From: Gloeobacterales cyanobacterium
GTDB taxonomy: Bacteria; Cyanobacteriota; Cyanobacteriia; Gloeobacterales; PMM-0068
Direction of reading: 5' to 3'
NCBI GenBank assembly: GCA_038245785.1
Contig: JBBRSB010000007.1
Location: 1 to 64,000, forward strand
DNA length: 64,000 nucleotides
Numbering within the stretch: the stretch's first letter is position 1; the number at the start of each line of letters is the position of its first letter. A model generated the notes under the pieces. The model was not told the origin of the DNA. It was given only the letters and a program-made list of their open reading frames with translations, and searched no databases. A program made the translations under genes and the position numbers. Shown here piece after piece: positions 40,214 through 50,041 of this stretch.

Positions 40214-41287
40214 TTAAAGAATCAAGTTCAAGTCACCAAACTCATGCCAAAGATAGCGATCCTTTACCGCTTCCTGATACGCTTCTCGAATCACCGAGGG
40301 AGGTAAGAAAGCGGTGAGTAAATCAAGATGGCTGGCCTCTGGCTCATGCAATCCGGTTAATAGCCCCTCTACGGCTTTAAGGTGATGGTTCTCTGTAATC
40401 CGCAGCCGAGTGTATCCGTGCCCTGCCTGCACATTGCTTGCTTTATCAACCACTGACTCCAAAGCTCGAACTACGGTGGTTCCCACTGCAATGACCCGCC
40501 CACCTGCTTGATGGGTCTGGTTAATCTTCTGAGCCGTCGCCTCACTGATGAAGTACTCCTCTTCAGAAGCAAGATGCTCAGCATCAAGGTCGTCATCCAT
40601 GTAAGAAGAAAGTCCCGTGTGCAAAACAATCTGGGCGGTTTGGATTCCTTGCCGCTGAAGGTCGAACAACAGTTTCCAGGTAAAGGCTCGCCCTGCGGAC
40701 GGCATCTCGGCAGAACCCGGTTCTTTTGCGTAGACGGTCTGGTAATAGTCGAGGTCCCAAGGGGCAGACACATACTCATAGCGAATCGGTTGTCCCAGGC
40801 GGTAAAGCGAATTGATTAACTCCGTTCCTGATTGAGAGAACCGAAGTTTCCAGAGCCGTGGAATCGTGGGATCGCGCGACTCTACGATCGCGCTTAACTG
40901 CGGACTGAAGTGAAGATGCATTCCGCTTTGCAAGCCACAGGCAAAGGGTTCGCCCTCTTGGCACAACAAGAGTGCCAGCCAGGAGTTATCCGGTAAGTGC
41001 TCCGCTAAACGAACCTGCATACAGGCTCCAATGGGAGCTTCACACCCCTCAAGGGCAGCAGGAAGCGTTCGACTGGAGTTAAAGACGAGCAAATCGCCAG
41101 GGCGCAGAAAGTTGCCCAACTGATCAAAGCGGCTATGTTCTACTCGAAAAGTTTGGCGCTTCTCTGCCGCAGACGTTTCACGAGCAATAACCATTAACCG
41201 GACACGATCGCGAGCAATCCCTCTGCGCTCTGGTGGTTCTTTCGCAGAAAGCTCAGGCGGAAGCGTGAAGGAAAAGGGGGCAGACAT
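40214..41287 (-). CDS. QueA-like protein (divergent paralog)
   Basis: GDLLVFNSSR, YQTVYA..PGS, IAVGTTVVRALES; canonical APTAGLHF replaced by MPSAGRAF. Confidence 0.8.
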   Translation of the reverse strand: MSAPFSFTLPPELSAKEPPERRGIARDRVRLMVIARETSAAEKRQTFRVEHSRFDQLGNFLRPGDLLVFNSSRTLPAALEGCEAPIGACMQVRLAEHLPDNSWLALLLCQEGEPFACGLQSGMHLHFSPQLSAIVESRDPTIPRLWKLRFSQSGTELINSLYRLGQPIRYEYVSAPWDLDYYQTVYAKEPGSAEMPSAGRAFTWKLLFDLQRQGIQTAQIVLHTGLSSYMDDDLDAEHLASEEEYFISEATAQKINQTHQAGGRVIAVGTTVVRALESVVDKASNVQAGHGYTRLRITENHHLKAVEGLLTGLHEPEASHLDLLTAFLPPSVIREAYQEAVKDRYLWHEFGDLNLIL

Positions 41288-41334
41288 GGCTCAGTCCTTT
41301 TTTGTTGAGAATAAGCAACTTCATGGGTCCCGGA

Positions 41335-41405
41335 AGCCCCCTAAATCCCCCAATGCTGGGGGACTTTGAAGTCAGAACCCCCCAGCATTGGGGGGCAGGG
41401 GGGCG
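41335..41405. repeat. G/C-run double-hairpin dispersed repeat
   Basis: CCCCCAATGCTGGGGG ACTTTGAAGTCAGAA CCCCCCAGCATTGGGGGG; inverted relative at 63150-63290. Confidence 0.8.
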
Positions 41406-41409
41406 AAAC

Positions 41410-42171
41410 TCAAGCAACTTCATGAGGAGCTTCCTCAAAGTCATCCTCATCCTGTGCATGAAACCGTTGTCCACTCACTTCCTGGGACTCATCCGATGCT
41501 AGATAGACGAAGATGTCTGTAACTTCTTTGGGGTCAGCCCATTGATTCGGGTCTTCCTCAGGTTCAGCCGCACGGTGCATGGCCGTATTCATATTTCCTG
41601 GGTCAACCCAATTAACACGAACCTTGCTGTCTATAAGTTCGGCGGCCCAAGTTTGGGACAGTCCTTCTAGACCAAATTTCGAGATGCCATAAGCACCCCA
41701 ACCGGGATATCCGGTCACGCCTGCATCACTGGTGACGTTGATAATTGAACCACCCTGTTCAATCATGGCAGGCAACGCTTTCTTAATCAGCAGAAAGGGT
41801 GCAATCAGGTTCGTATTAAGCACGTTGTGGAAATCTACGAGCGGATAGTCGAGCAAAAAGGGCATGGGAGAAGGACCAATCGCAGAAGCATTGTTCACTA
41901 AAATATCCAGCTTCCCCTGAAACTCATTAAGCGTAGTCGCAATGACGCGCTCAACATCACTGGGTTGGCTAAGATCCGCCGCGATGGCTAACACTTTTGT
42001 TTCAGGTGCAGCTTCCTGAATGAGCTGGCGAGCTTTCTCCAGCAACTCAGCCCCACGCGCGACAATGGCAAGGCCTGCTGCTCCTTCTTGGGCAAATGCG
42101 AGCGCAAGCTGCAATCCCAATCCCTGTGAAGCCCCTGTAATTAACCCATATTTTTCTTGCAGTCTACTCAT
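41410..42171 (-). CDS. SDR-family oxidoreductase
   Basis: TGASQGLG, NNAS, YGISK. Confidence 0.92.
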   Translation of the reverse strand: MSRLQEKYGLITGASQGLGLQLALAFAQEGAAGLAIVARGAELLEKARQLIQEAAPETKVLAIAADLSQPSDVERVIATTLNEFQGKLDILVNNASAIGPSPMPFLLDYPLVDFHNVLNTNLIAPFLLIKKALPAMIEQGGSIINVTSDAGVTGYPGWGAYGISKFGLEGLSQTWAAELIDSKVRVNWVDPGNMNTAMHRAAEPEEDPNQWADPKEVTDIFVYLASDESQEVSGQRFHAQDEDDFEEAPHEVA

Positions 42172-42547
42172 TGTTTGACTCCTAAGAACCCTGACCCTCT
42201 TGGCCAGCGGAGAACAGCTTATCTTTCTTATATCATAGTCATAATGAGCATGAGTTAGTGTCCACAAGATTTGAGCGCAAGTTGTGTCACTGCTTGAGAA
42301 GTCTTCCGCATTTCTCACTCATAAGACTTTTGAAGACTCGCTTGCCCCAGAGAATATGTCGAAATTTTCGCTTTTTTTTGACACATTCTACTGATATGTC
42401 GATACTGTCGACACCTTCTTGACATCCTCCCCATCGCATGGCTTGTGAGGATTCCTAAGCTTCAGCTCGAAAAGTGGATCTTTGCAAGCTGTTGTAGGTC
42501 ATGATTTATGCTGAAGATAGAATTTACTTTGCAATCGTTGTTTAACC

Positions 42548-42808
42548 GTGCGTCAATTTCTGAAGCCAATTAATCTGGAAATCTCTCCAGACTCTCTGAG
42601 CCAAGGCGAACAGGCAATCCGCCAAACGCTGGCTCTACAGCTCTATGCCCAGGATATTTTTACCTTTGGGCAAGCCCGACGATTAGCGGATTTGTCGGTG
42701 TGGGAATTCCAACAACTGCTGGCACAAAACAAAATCGAGCGTCATTACAAAGAAACAGACTTGGCCCAGGATGTGGATTCAATTGAGACAGGCACCTGGC
42801 AATCGTGA
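42548..42808 (+). CDS. UPF0175-family antitoxin
   Basis: ALQLYA...TFGQARRLADLSVWEFQQLL. Confidence 0.85.
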   Translation: MRQFLKPINLEISPDSLSQGEQAIRQTLALQLYAQDIFTFGQARRLADLSVWEFQQLLAQNKIERHYKETDLAQDVDSIETGTWQS

Positions 42809-43290
42809 CCGTCATCTGCAACGCTACACCTCTGATTAATTTCGCTGTCACTAATCGCCTAAATATTTTGCAAGAAACCTTCGGGCGAATCATCATCCCC
42901 CAGGCTGTTTATCATGAAACCACAGGGACTGGCTTTCCCGGTTCATCCTCTGTGAAGCAGGCGATCGCGGCAAAATGGTTAGAGGTTCGTCCAGTCTCGA
43001 TAGTAGGTGCCAATATTGCTCCAGAGCTGGATGACGGAGAGCGAGAAGCTGTCGCTCTTGCCCTCGAAACAGGCATTCAGCGTATTCTCCTGGATGAGCG
43101 TGAAGCCCGTCAGGTCGCTCAACAACTTGGCTTACAAGTTATGGGCACTTTGGGGATTCTTTTGCTTGCCAAAAACCGTCAGACGATTCCCCAGGTACGC
43201 CCATTACTGGATGCCATGATCAACACAGCCCAATACTGGGTCAGTGACACACTTTATCAGCAAGTTTTACGACAAGCTGGAGAGTTATAA
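42805..43290 (+). CDS. DUF3368 PIN-domain protein
   Basis: ICNATPLI, LDDGEREA, LLDEREAR, GTLGILL. Confidence 0.88.
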   Translation: MTVICNATPLINFAVTNRLNILQETFGRIIIPQAVYHETTGTGFPGSSSVKQAIAAKWLEVRPVSIVGANIAPELDDGEREAVALALETGIQRILLDEREARQVAQQLGLQVMGTLGILLLAKNRQTIPQVRPLLDAMINTAQYWVSDTLYQQVLRQAGEL

Positions 43291-43787
43291 GTTTGCCCAG
43301 CGACAGCGAGGGTGACCTCTACCAGCAATTCTTGTTTTGCCATGAGGGTATCAAGAAATGTCGGGGTACAGCACTAACTCTAGCCTGCGTCCTAATATTT
43401 TTGACCACTGCTCTCTCTTTAGAGAAAGAGCCTTAAATGTTGCACTTTATTTTTGAATCAGCGGAGAATAAAGTGCAAGTACTCATAGAAATAAGACAAT
43501 ACAAACCAATTCAAAGTATTTCTATGTACATGGAACTTCATCAACTCTTCATAAAAGAGGAGCATTCGTTTCCTCCTGTTTTCTCACATAAAATCTAATT
43601 TTTCGACGAACACAAGCAATATTTTAGGGATCGCAATAATCAGCTAAAGACTAACTAAGTTCACCGATAGATCTTACAATTGACATTCTCTTTTTCTACT
43701 CAGTATAATTACCCTTAGGTGTTTGCTTGCCACACAGCTAAAGTAAAACTCTTGTAAGACCAAGGAAATGTTAATGCAAGAATAGGT

Positions 43788-43965
43788 ATGTTTGAGAATG
43801 CTTTGTCTCTTTGTGATTAAGGTATTGCTTTGAATGATAAGAATCCAGCACATTACAACAATCGTGCTGCTATCCTAAAGACACTGAGACAATTTCAGGA
43901 GGCTATTGAGCAATGTGAGGAGTGAGGAGATTATTCGAAAGTTTCCTGACTATGGGAAGGCCATT
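43788..43965 (+). pseudogene. TPR-protein remnant
   Basis: MFENALSLCD*GIALNDKNPAHYNNRAAILKTLRQFQEAIEQ with a stop and a short GAGGAGT duplication. Confidence 0.5.
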
Positions 43966-44049
43966 CTTTTTATGTATAAGTAGCCAAGCATTGAGGTTGG
44001 TCACTATAAAGGTTCTATTTCTACTTAAATTTATTTCGTTTAGCACAAA

Positions 44050-46425
44050 ATGTTTAGCGATGCACAGTTTGCAACGGAAATACTGCTGATGAAATCATTA
44101 TCTGGATTTATAGCGTATCCATCTCAGCCTATAGCCATTGGTTCAGTGATTTCACAAGCACTAAATTCACTAAAGCCTGACGCGGCAAAAATTCATCTCA
44201 CTTCTTGGCAAGAAAATGATATTGCAGGTCGTTTTCTAATTGATCCAATCCTTACCAACATCAGTATTTCTGATGTTTTAGTGGCTGATATTACACGCCT
44301 GAACTTCAATGTTATTTTTGAGATTGGATACGCCATTGGTCGTAAGAAACGGGTATATTTAGTCCGTAATGATGCGCTAACTGGCTCAGATACTCTGATC
44401 CGCGAAGTTGGTATATTTGATACGCTTGGATACAACCAGTATTCAAATTCTGATGAACTCGCAACTCTGTTACGAGCAATTGTGGATGTTAAACCACTAT
44501 CCTTTGATGCCAATCAAATTAACACGAGCGCTCCAGTCTATCTTGTTCTACCCCGGAAAAAGACGGATTTAGAAATTAGACTTGTATCCCGAATCAAGAA
44601 AGCACGCTTACAATTTCGCAGCTTTGATGCTGAGGAATTAGGTCGCCTCGCTGCAGGTGAAGCAATTGAGAATGTAGCAAAATCTCATGGCATAGTCCTT
44701 CCTCTTCTCTCAAAGGAACGAATAGATTTTGAAGTTCACAACTTCCGTGCGGCCTTTGTTGCTGGCTTAGCAATGGCACTTGATAAAATCTTACTACTTT
44801 TACAAGAAGGAGAAGATCCCGTTCCGCTGGATTACCGAGACCTTGTGAAGAGCTTTCGAGGCTTAGATCAAATTAATGTTTACATCGCTGACTTTGCTAC
44901 GGAAGTTGGTGCTCGCTTCCAATCCACTTCCTCTCCGATTGTTTCTGAACCTAAGACTTTCCTTGAGCGATTAAACTTAGGTGCATCCGCAGCCGAGAAT
45001 GAGTTACAGGATTTGGGTAATTACTACATAGAAACAGATGAATATAGACGTGCGTTAAGTGGAGAGGTGCGTGTAGTAACAGGACGTAAAGGAGCTGGGA
45101 AAACAGCATTATTTGCTCAAGTTCGTAATAAATTACGTCAAGATAGAAGTAGAGTTGTATTGGATTTAAAACCAGAAGGCTTTCAGTTACTTAAGTTTAG
45201 AGAAAAAGTACTTGATTACCTTGAAGAAGGTACCAAAGAACATACTATTACTGCATTTTGGGAGTACTTGCTATTATTGGAGATTTGCCATAAGCTCTTG
45301 CAAAAGGACGAAGAATTTCATTTGCGTGACAATCGGCTATATGAGCCATATCGCTTACTTGCGCAGGCATATAAAGAAGACGAATACGTATCAGAGGGTG
45401 ATTTCTCAGAACGTATGCTCAAGCTAACGCAGCGTATAGCTGATGACTTTGCTTCATCTCAAACTGATCGAGACGAACTTAAATATTTAAAAACTGGCCA
45501 GATTACAGAATTATTGTACAAACATAATCTGACTGCCCTACGTAAGCGTGTAATAGAGTACTTGAAATACAAAAAAGGATTATGGCTTCTCTTTGACAAC
45601 TTAGACAAAGGATGGCCAGCGCACGGAGTAACTCCAGAAGATGTTCTAACACTTCGATGTCTGATAGATGCAATGTCTAAGATTGAGAGAGAACTCCGTA
45701 AACATAACATTGACTGTCATGGCATCGTGTTCATTCGTAATGATGTATATGAGCTTTTGGTTGCGAATACTCCAGACAGAGGAAAGGTAGCCAGCATTAC
45801 ATTGGATTGGACTGATCCTGAGTTGATGAGGGAACTTTTGAGGCGTAGATTTCTTTACACCGACACAGGTATCGCTGATAACTCATCATTTGATGAGATT
45901 TGGCGACAAATTGCGACCACGCACATTCAAGGAGAAGAGACATCACATTACTTAATCGACCGAAGCCTTATGCGTCCTCGTGCCCTTATTGACTTAGTGC
46001 GCTTTTGTCGAAGCCATGCAGTAAACCTCAGACATGATCGTATCGAAGTTGCAGACATAGAACACGGAGAAGAAGCGTACTCAAATGAATTATTAAGCAA
46101 CATAGATTTTGAAATACAAGATGTTGAACCCTCAGCTGCGGGATTGCTGTATGAATTTATAGAATCCAATGAAGTACTTTCAGGAACCGATATTTACAAT
46201 ATTTTATCAAAAGCTGTTGGTGAAAACAAAGCAGGTCTAATGCTTTCACTCCTCCTATGGTATGGCTTTTTCGGTGTAATGCGTGAGGACGGAGAAACAA
46301 CATACATCTATTCGGTAAAATATGATATTAAGCGGCTTGAAGCAATGCTCAAAAAGCGTGGACTCGAGAATGCTTCATTCAAGATAAATCCTGCATTTTG
46401 GCGTGCCCTTGAAATACGAAACTGA
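44050..46425 (+). CDS. Tandem NDT/TIR-like domains fused to a P-loop ATPase (candidate defence protein)
   Basis: VADIT.LNFNV.FEIGYA.G; second ..HNFRAAFVAGLAMA; LG..AAE.E, GRKGAGKT, LLFDNLD, MRPR. Confidence 0.7.
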   Translation: MFSDAQFATEILLMKSLSGFIAYPSQPIAIGSVISQALNSLKPDAAKIHLTSWQENDIAGRFLIDPILTNISISDVLVADITRLNFNVIFEIGYAIGRKKRVYLVRNDALTGSDTLIREVGIFDTLGYNQYSNSDELATLLRAIVDVKPLSFDANQINTSAPVYLVLPRKKTDLEIRLVSRIKKARLQFRSFDAEELGRLAAGEAIENVAKSHGIVLPLLSKERIDFEVHNFRAAFVAGLAMALDKILLLLQEGEDPVPLDYRDLVKSFRGLDQINVYIADFATEVGARFQSTSSPIVSEPKTFLERLNLGASAAENELQDLGNYYIETDEYRRALSGEVRVVTGRKGAGKTALFAQVRNKLRQDRSRVVLDLKPEGFQLLKFREKVLDYLEEGTKEHTITAFWEYLLLLEICHKLLQKDEEFHLRDNRLYEPYRLLAQAYKEDEYVSEGDFSERMLKLTQRIADDFASSQTDRDELKYLKTGQITELLYKHNLTALRKRVIEYLKYKKGLWLLFDNLDKGWPAHGVTPEDVLTLRCLIDAMSKIERELRKHNIDCHGIVFIRNDVYELLVANTPDRGKVASITLDWTDPELMRELLRRRFLYTDTGIADNSSFDEIWRQIATTHIQGEETSHYLIDRSLMRPRALIDLVRFCRSHAVNLRHDRIEVADIEHGEEAYSNELLSNIDFEIQDVEPSAAGLLYEFIESNEVLSGTDIYNILSKAVGENKAGLMLSLLLWYGFFGVMREDGETTYIYSVKYDIKRLEAMLKKRGLENASFKINPAFWRALEIRN

Positions 46426-46699
46426 TGCCTTTCAGGGCTTTAAAATGCTAAGCGAACATATTATAGAGTGTCAATCTATATTGATATTTCTGAAGTGCTT
46501 ACCAGGGTTACCACCCTTTACTGTCAGTCATGAACAGGCGGTAGCAGCATTGAATCCCTGAGGTTGATGTCGAGAAAGTTTCTATATAATACGTATTTAG
46601 TCTGCAAGTATTGTTGGTGAAGGTGATATGTTGCTAAGTCTTCAGCATAGTTGACTATGTTAGAATTAGCATCATTTCTAGCAATATATAGAGATAGGT

Positions 46700-47563
46700 A
46701 TGCAACTAAAAAAGTCAAAATCTCAGATTGAACGTGAGTTGATAGATTTCATGAATTACGGATACAGCATTCTCACTACCATACAGTCAGAGTTTATAAG
46801 AAAAAAATGGAAGGGAATATTTTCATTTGAAGATGACCAAAGGCAATGTAATACCGTAGACCAGTGGACAGCAGATGCCATATCATTTATTTCTTCTGTA
46901 TTTCCTACTTACTTTGAAATTAAAGACTTCGAAATCTCGATGCATCCGGAGCCAAATAGTCTCTCTTTGCTCTCTTCTAATCATGCTCTTAGAAATTTAT
47001 TAAAGCATAGAATTAGACTACTTGATCAGGTTGTCAGGAATAATATAAATAGATATGATGATGCAAGAAAACTTAGAATTTTTATAGATGAGATTTATAG
47101 CTTCAAAGACGTAGAAAAAGTAATACCAGGAATGGTAATAGATTTACTTGACGATGGCTTGCTGAATCAGTCGGAAGATTTTATTCAAATTAGCCTGGAA
47201 GAAATTCTTACTGTTCCATTTCATAAAAAGGATTGGGGTGGAGAAGTAAATGATTTATATACAGCAAATATCATCATTACAGGGGTTAGAGTAGCAACTG
47301 CATTTCTTCTAAAAGGTAATGGACTTAAAAAGAAAATTCTCGAAGTAAGAGATTGCGGTAAGAACGGGAATCAAATTATAAGACTGTGTGATTCACCTGC
47401 CCAACTTTTTATCATTCAGTTTGTAGGTGAAATATCTGAGTACGTGGTGCGAGATATTGAAGGGAAAGTTAATGAACTACAACTACAAGGTAAGATAGCG
47501 CAATACTGCATAATGGATGGACAGGATACAGCACGTATACTACGGGCATATGGCAAGCTGTAG
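46700..47563 (+). CDS. Hypothetical protein with C-terminal restriction-endonuclease-like motif
   Basis: DWGGE.ND...AFLLKG; AT-rich. Confidence 0.55.
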   Translation: MQLKKSKSQIERELIDFMNYGYSILTTIQSEFIRKKWKGIFSFEDDQRQCNTVDQWTADAISFISSVFPTYFEIKDFEISMHPEPNSLSLLSSNHALRNLLKHRIRLLDQVVRNNINRYDDARKLRIFIDEIYSFKDVEKVIPGMVIDLLDDGLLNQSEDFIQISLEEILTVPFHKKDWGGEVNDLYTANIIITGVRVATAFLLKGNGLKKKILEVRDCGKNGNQIIRLCDSPAQLFIIQFVGEISEYVVRDIEGKVNELQLQGKIAQYCIMDGQDTARILRAYGKL

Positions 47564-47649
47564 TAAGCTTGTGGTTCTCGAAGATCGAAACTGGTGAAGA
47601 TACATCAGATATGATCAAGACAGTACGAAAAGCTACGCAAGACAGCAGC

Positions 47650-47928
47650 ATGAACATCAGTCTAAATCTGCCTTCAGAATTGGAAGATGAGCTATCCACT
47701 GAAGCATCCAAACTCAAATTGCCCTTGGATGAATGCATTTTACGTATTCTTTCTTTACGTCCTTTCCCTCAAAATCCGCCCAAAACAGGTGCAGAACTGG
47801 TTGCCTATTGGGAAAGTGCTGGGGTCATCAACTCACGTCCTGATATCACGGACAGCCAGGAATACGCTCGTAGATTGCGTCATGAAGCTAAAACTCGTGA
47901 GCGGGTAAAATCCGCCAGATGGCTTTAG
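47650..47928 (+). CDS. Orphan antitoxin-like protein
   Basis: MNISLNLPSELEDEL (RHH-like), PKTGAELVAYW. Confidence 0.6.
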   Translation: MNISLNLPSELEDELSTEASKLKLPLDECILRILSLRPFPQNPPKTGAELVAYWESAGVINSRPDITDSQEYARRLRHEAKTRERVKSARWL

Positions 47929-47973
47929 GTAAGAATTACTTTAAAGATTGGCAGTCAGTTGACTGAATTTGTT

Positions 47974-48198
47974 ATGGCATCTACATCCCGTATTGTTCAT
48001 AGCGACCCCGATATTCTGGGAGGAACTCCTGTTTTTGTTGGAACGCGCGTACCCATGAGAACCCTGCTTGACTATCTTGAAGCGGGTGATTCATTGGAGG
48101 TGTTTCTAGACCATTTCCCTAGTGTTAGTCGTGAACAGGCGATTGCGGCTCTTGAACTAGCAAAAGAAATGCTGACGGCCTATGCGAATCCTGCTTGA
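47974..48198 (+). CDS. DUF433 antitoxin
   Basis: DPDILGGTPVFVGTRVP. Confidence 0.9.
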   Translation: MASTSRIVHSDPDILGGTPVFVGTRVPMRTLLDYLEAGDSLEVFLDHFPSVSREQAIAALELAKEMLTAYANPA

Positions 48199-48220
48199 TG
48201 AATGTGCCCCACGACCTTTC
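48182..48220 (+). pseudogene. DUF5615 toxin 5' stub
   Basis: MRILLDECAPRP overlapping the DUF433 end; remainder absent. Confidence 0.65.
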
Positions 48221-48267
48221 AGCCTGTCTGAATTAGAATAGCCATAGCAGGTTCGCCGGAGAGCAAA

Positions 48268-48495
48268 ATGGATACATCGATTCTTGACAAAGTGGTTGAG
48301 CAGTTACGCGGGATGCCGCAGAATTTACAGAAACAAGTCCTAGAATTTGCTAAAACTTTGACCGATTCAACCGTTCAAGGGGTTCCTGGTTCTCAACTTC
48401 TACGGTTTGCAGGCACAATCCAACCCGACGATCTTGTGTCGATGAGTGAAGCGATTGAGCAAGGCTGCGAACAGGTCGATACTAATGAGTGGTAG
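48268..48495 (+). CDS. DUF2281-like antitoxin
   Basis: LQKQVLEFAKTL...LLRFAGTI; overlaps vapC. Confidence 0.7.
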   Translation: MDTSILDKVVEQLRGMPQNLQKQVLEFAKTLTDSTVQGVPGSQLLRFAGTIQPDDLVSMSEAIEQGCEQVDTNEW

Positions 48496-48874
48496 CTACT
48501 TATTGGACACGAACATCATCATTGCGCTATTTGCAAGTGAGGCGGCAGTTAGAAGCAGTTTTGCACAAGCAGAGGCAGTGTTTGTTCCAAGCATTGTGGT
48601 GGGTGAGTTGTGTTACGGTGCGAGAAAATCAGCACGAACAACTGAGAATTTAGAACGGATTGAAGAGTTGGTCGTTGAGAGCGCTGTGCTGGTTTGTGAT
48701 ACAGAGACAGCACAGCGTTATGGAGAAGTCAAAAATAAACTGCGCCTCAAGGGGAGACCGCTCCCAGAAAACGATATTTGGATTGCTGCGCTTGCTCTTC
48801 AATATAATCTAACGTTAGTGACACGCGATGCTCATTTTCAAGAGATTGAGAATTTGCAAACCATTGCTTGGTAG
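48485..48874 (+). CDS. vapC: VapC PIN-domain toxin
   Basis: LLDTNIII, GELCYGA, ENDIWIAA, LVTRDAHF. Confidence 0.92.
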   Translation: MSGSYLLDTNIIIALFASEAAVRSSFAQAEAVFVPSIVVGELCYGARKSARTTENLERIEELVVESAVLVCDTETAQRYGEVKNKLRLKGRPLPENDIWIAALALQYNLTLVTRDAHFQEIENLQTIAW

Positions 48875-48883
48875 ATGACAGTG

Positions 48884-48956
48884 GTCGAACAAATCGTTGG
48901 AGCAGCTAGCAAACTTGCGCGTCTCGTTACAAGCACGTCAAAATTTGAATAAGGAG
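48884..48956 (+). repeat. Collapsed attC-like site plus cassette leader (second copy 51506-51565)
   Basis: GTCGAAC-AAATC-GTTGGAGC then G(C/T)TAGCAAACTTGCGCGTCTC...GCACGTCAAAAT. Confidence 0.65.
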
Positions 48957-49030
48957 AGTTGACGGTAGATTTTGCGCACAACTGAGAATAATTGGTTGCG
49001 AATATAGCGTTTATTAACCATACTGAGGAC

Positions 49031-49528
49031 ATGAGCACGATTACAGATACCCATTTCAACCCATCTGAGCTGTCCGAAGAGGAGAAACAACGGCTTCAGA
49101 AAGTACTGGAGACTGAAGTCCGCCCCATACTCTTGAGCATGGATGGCGATCATGCTATCGAGTTACCGAAGCCCGTAAATGACCTATTTATCGAAATCCT
49201 ACAGGCGATCCGACGAAACGAAGCTGTATTTCTTGTACACGAAGACGAGGCGTTCACCACCCAGGCGGCAGCGGACTATCTAGGCGTTTCGCGGCAGTTC
49301 TTCGTCCGCCTCTTGGAAACTGGAAAGCTCCCTTTCCACCGCGTTGGTACTCATCGCCGGGTGCTCTTCAAAGATTTGGTCGCTTATCGCCAAACCCGGA
49401 GCCGCGAACGACTGGCCAAGCTCGACGAAATGACGGCGGAGCTGGTGGAAGCTGACCTTGATGCCCAATATGTAGATCTCACGCGCCCCGACCCGAAAAG
49501 CTACTCGGCCAGAGAGGAGGTTTTATGA
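49031..49528 (+). CDS. Excisionase-like HTH protein (usually paired with a PIN gene)
   Basis: FTTQAAADYLGVSRQFFVRLLETGKLPFHRVGTHRRV. Confidence 0.85.
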   Translation: MSTITDTHFNPSELSEEEKQRLQKVLETEVRPILLSMDGDHAIELPKPVNDLFIEILQAIRRNEAVFLVHEDEAFTTQAAADYLGVSRQFFVRLLETGKLPFHRVGTHRRVLFKDLVAYRQTRSRERLAKLDEMTAELVEADLDAQYVDLTRPDPKSYSAREEVL

Positions 49529-49758
49529 AGAAGGAAGTTGAGCATGAGATGGAAGACGAACTTCGTTCTGAGTATGATTTTGCTCAAATGGGGAAGGGTA
49601 TTAAGGGTAAGTATGTTGAGCGATACCGTTCAGGAACAAATTTAGTGCTTTTAGATCCCGATGTTGCTCAAGCTTTTCCCAATGATATGGCAGTGAATGA
49701 AGCACTAAGAATGTTAATCCAGATTGCCCAGCGCCAGCAGCCCAAAAATACACTCTAA
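49525..49758 (+). CDS. BrnA-like antitoxin (orphan)
   Basis: DELRSEYDF, LDPDVAQAFP...VNEALR.LI. Confidence 0.7.
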   Translation: MKKEVEHEMEDELRSEYDFAQMGKGIKGKYVERYRSGTNLVLLDPDVAQAFPNDMAVNEALRMLIQIAQRQQPKNTL

Positions 49759-49822
49759 ACCTGACCATCTCGGTATCGAGTAAGCTGTACGTATGAACTT
49801 CTGAAATCTAGAGGCGCATGAT

Positions 49823-50038
49823 ATGACACTAGCTGAGGTGCTTCCTTCGGCGCGACAACTCTCCGCAACAGAAAAACTCAAGCTGATTCGGATTCTGATA
49901 GAAGATTTGGATATAACTGAGGATATTTCACCGTTAGAACCCTTCAAGACCTATGACCTACCGACTCCCTACGATAGTTTTGGGGCGGGTGCAGTTCTCG
50001 TGGAGACCCTCAAGTCACCAGATGCAGGCCACCAGTAA
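49823..50038 (+). CDS. Small partner protein, homologue of 28756-28971
   Basis: LSATEKLKLIRIL..., YDLPTPYD. Confidence 0.75.
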   Translation: MTLAEVLPSARQLSATEKLKLIRILIEDLDITEDISPLEPFKTYDLPTPYDSFGAGAVLVETLKSPDAGHQ

Positions 50039-50041
50039 CGT

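Noticed and set aside
42419..42460. Possible IS200/IS605 end remnant (TTGACATCCTCCCC...GGATTCC); similar hint near 2075-2110
   Set aside because: Too short and degenerate, with no tnpA or tnpB nearby.
49031..49528. Excisionase indicating a prophage
   Set aside because: No integrase or phage genes are present, and this HTH family commonly partners PIN toxins.
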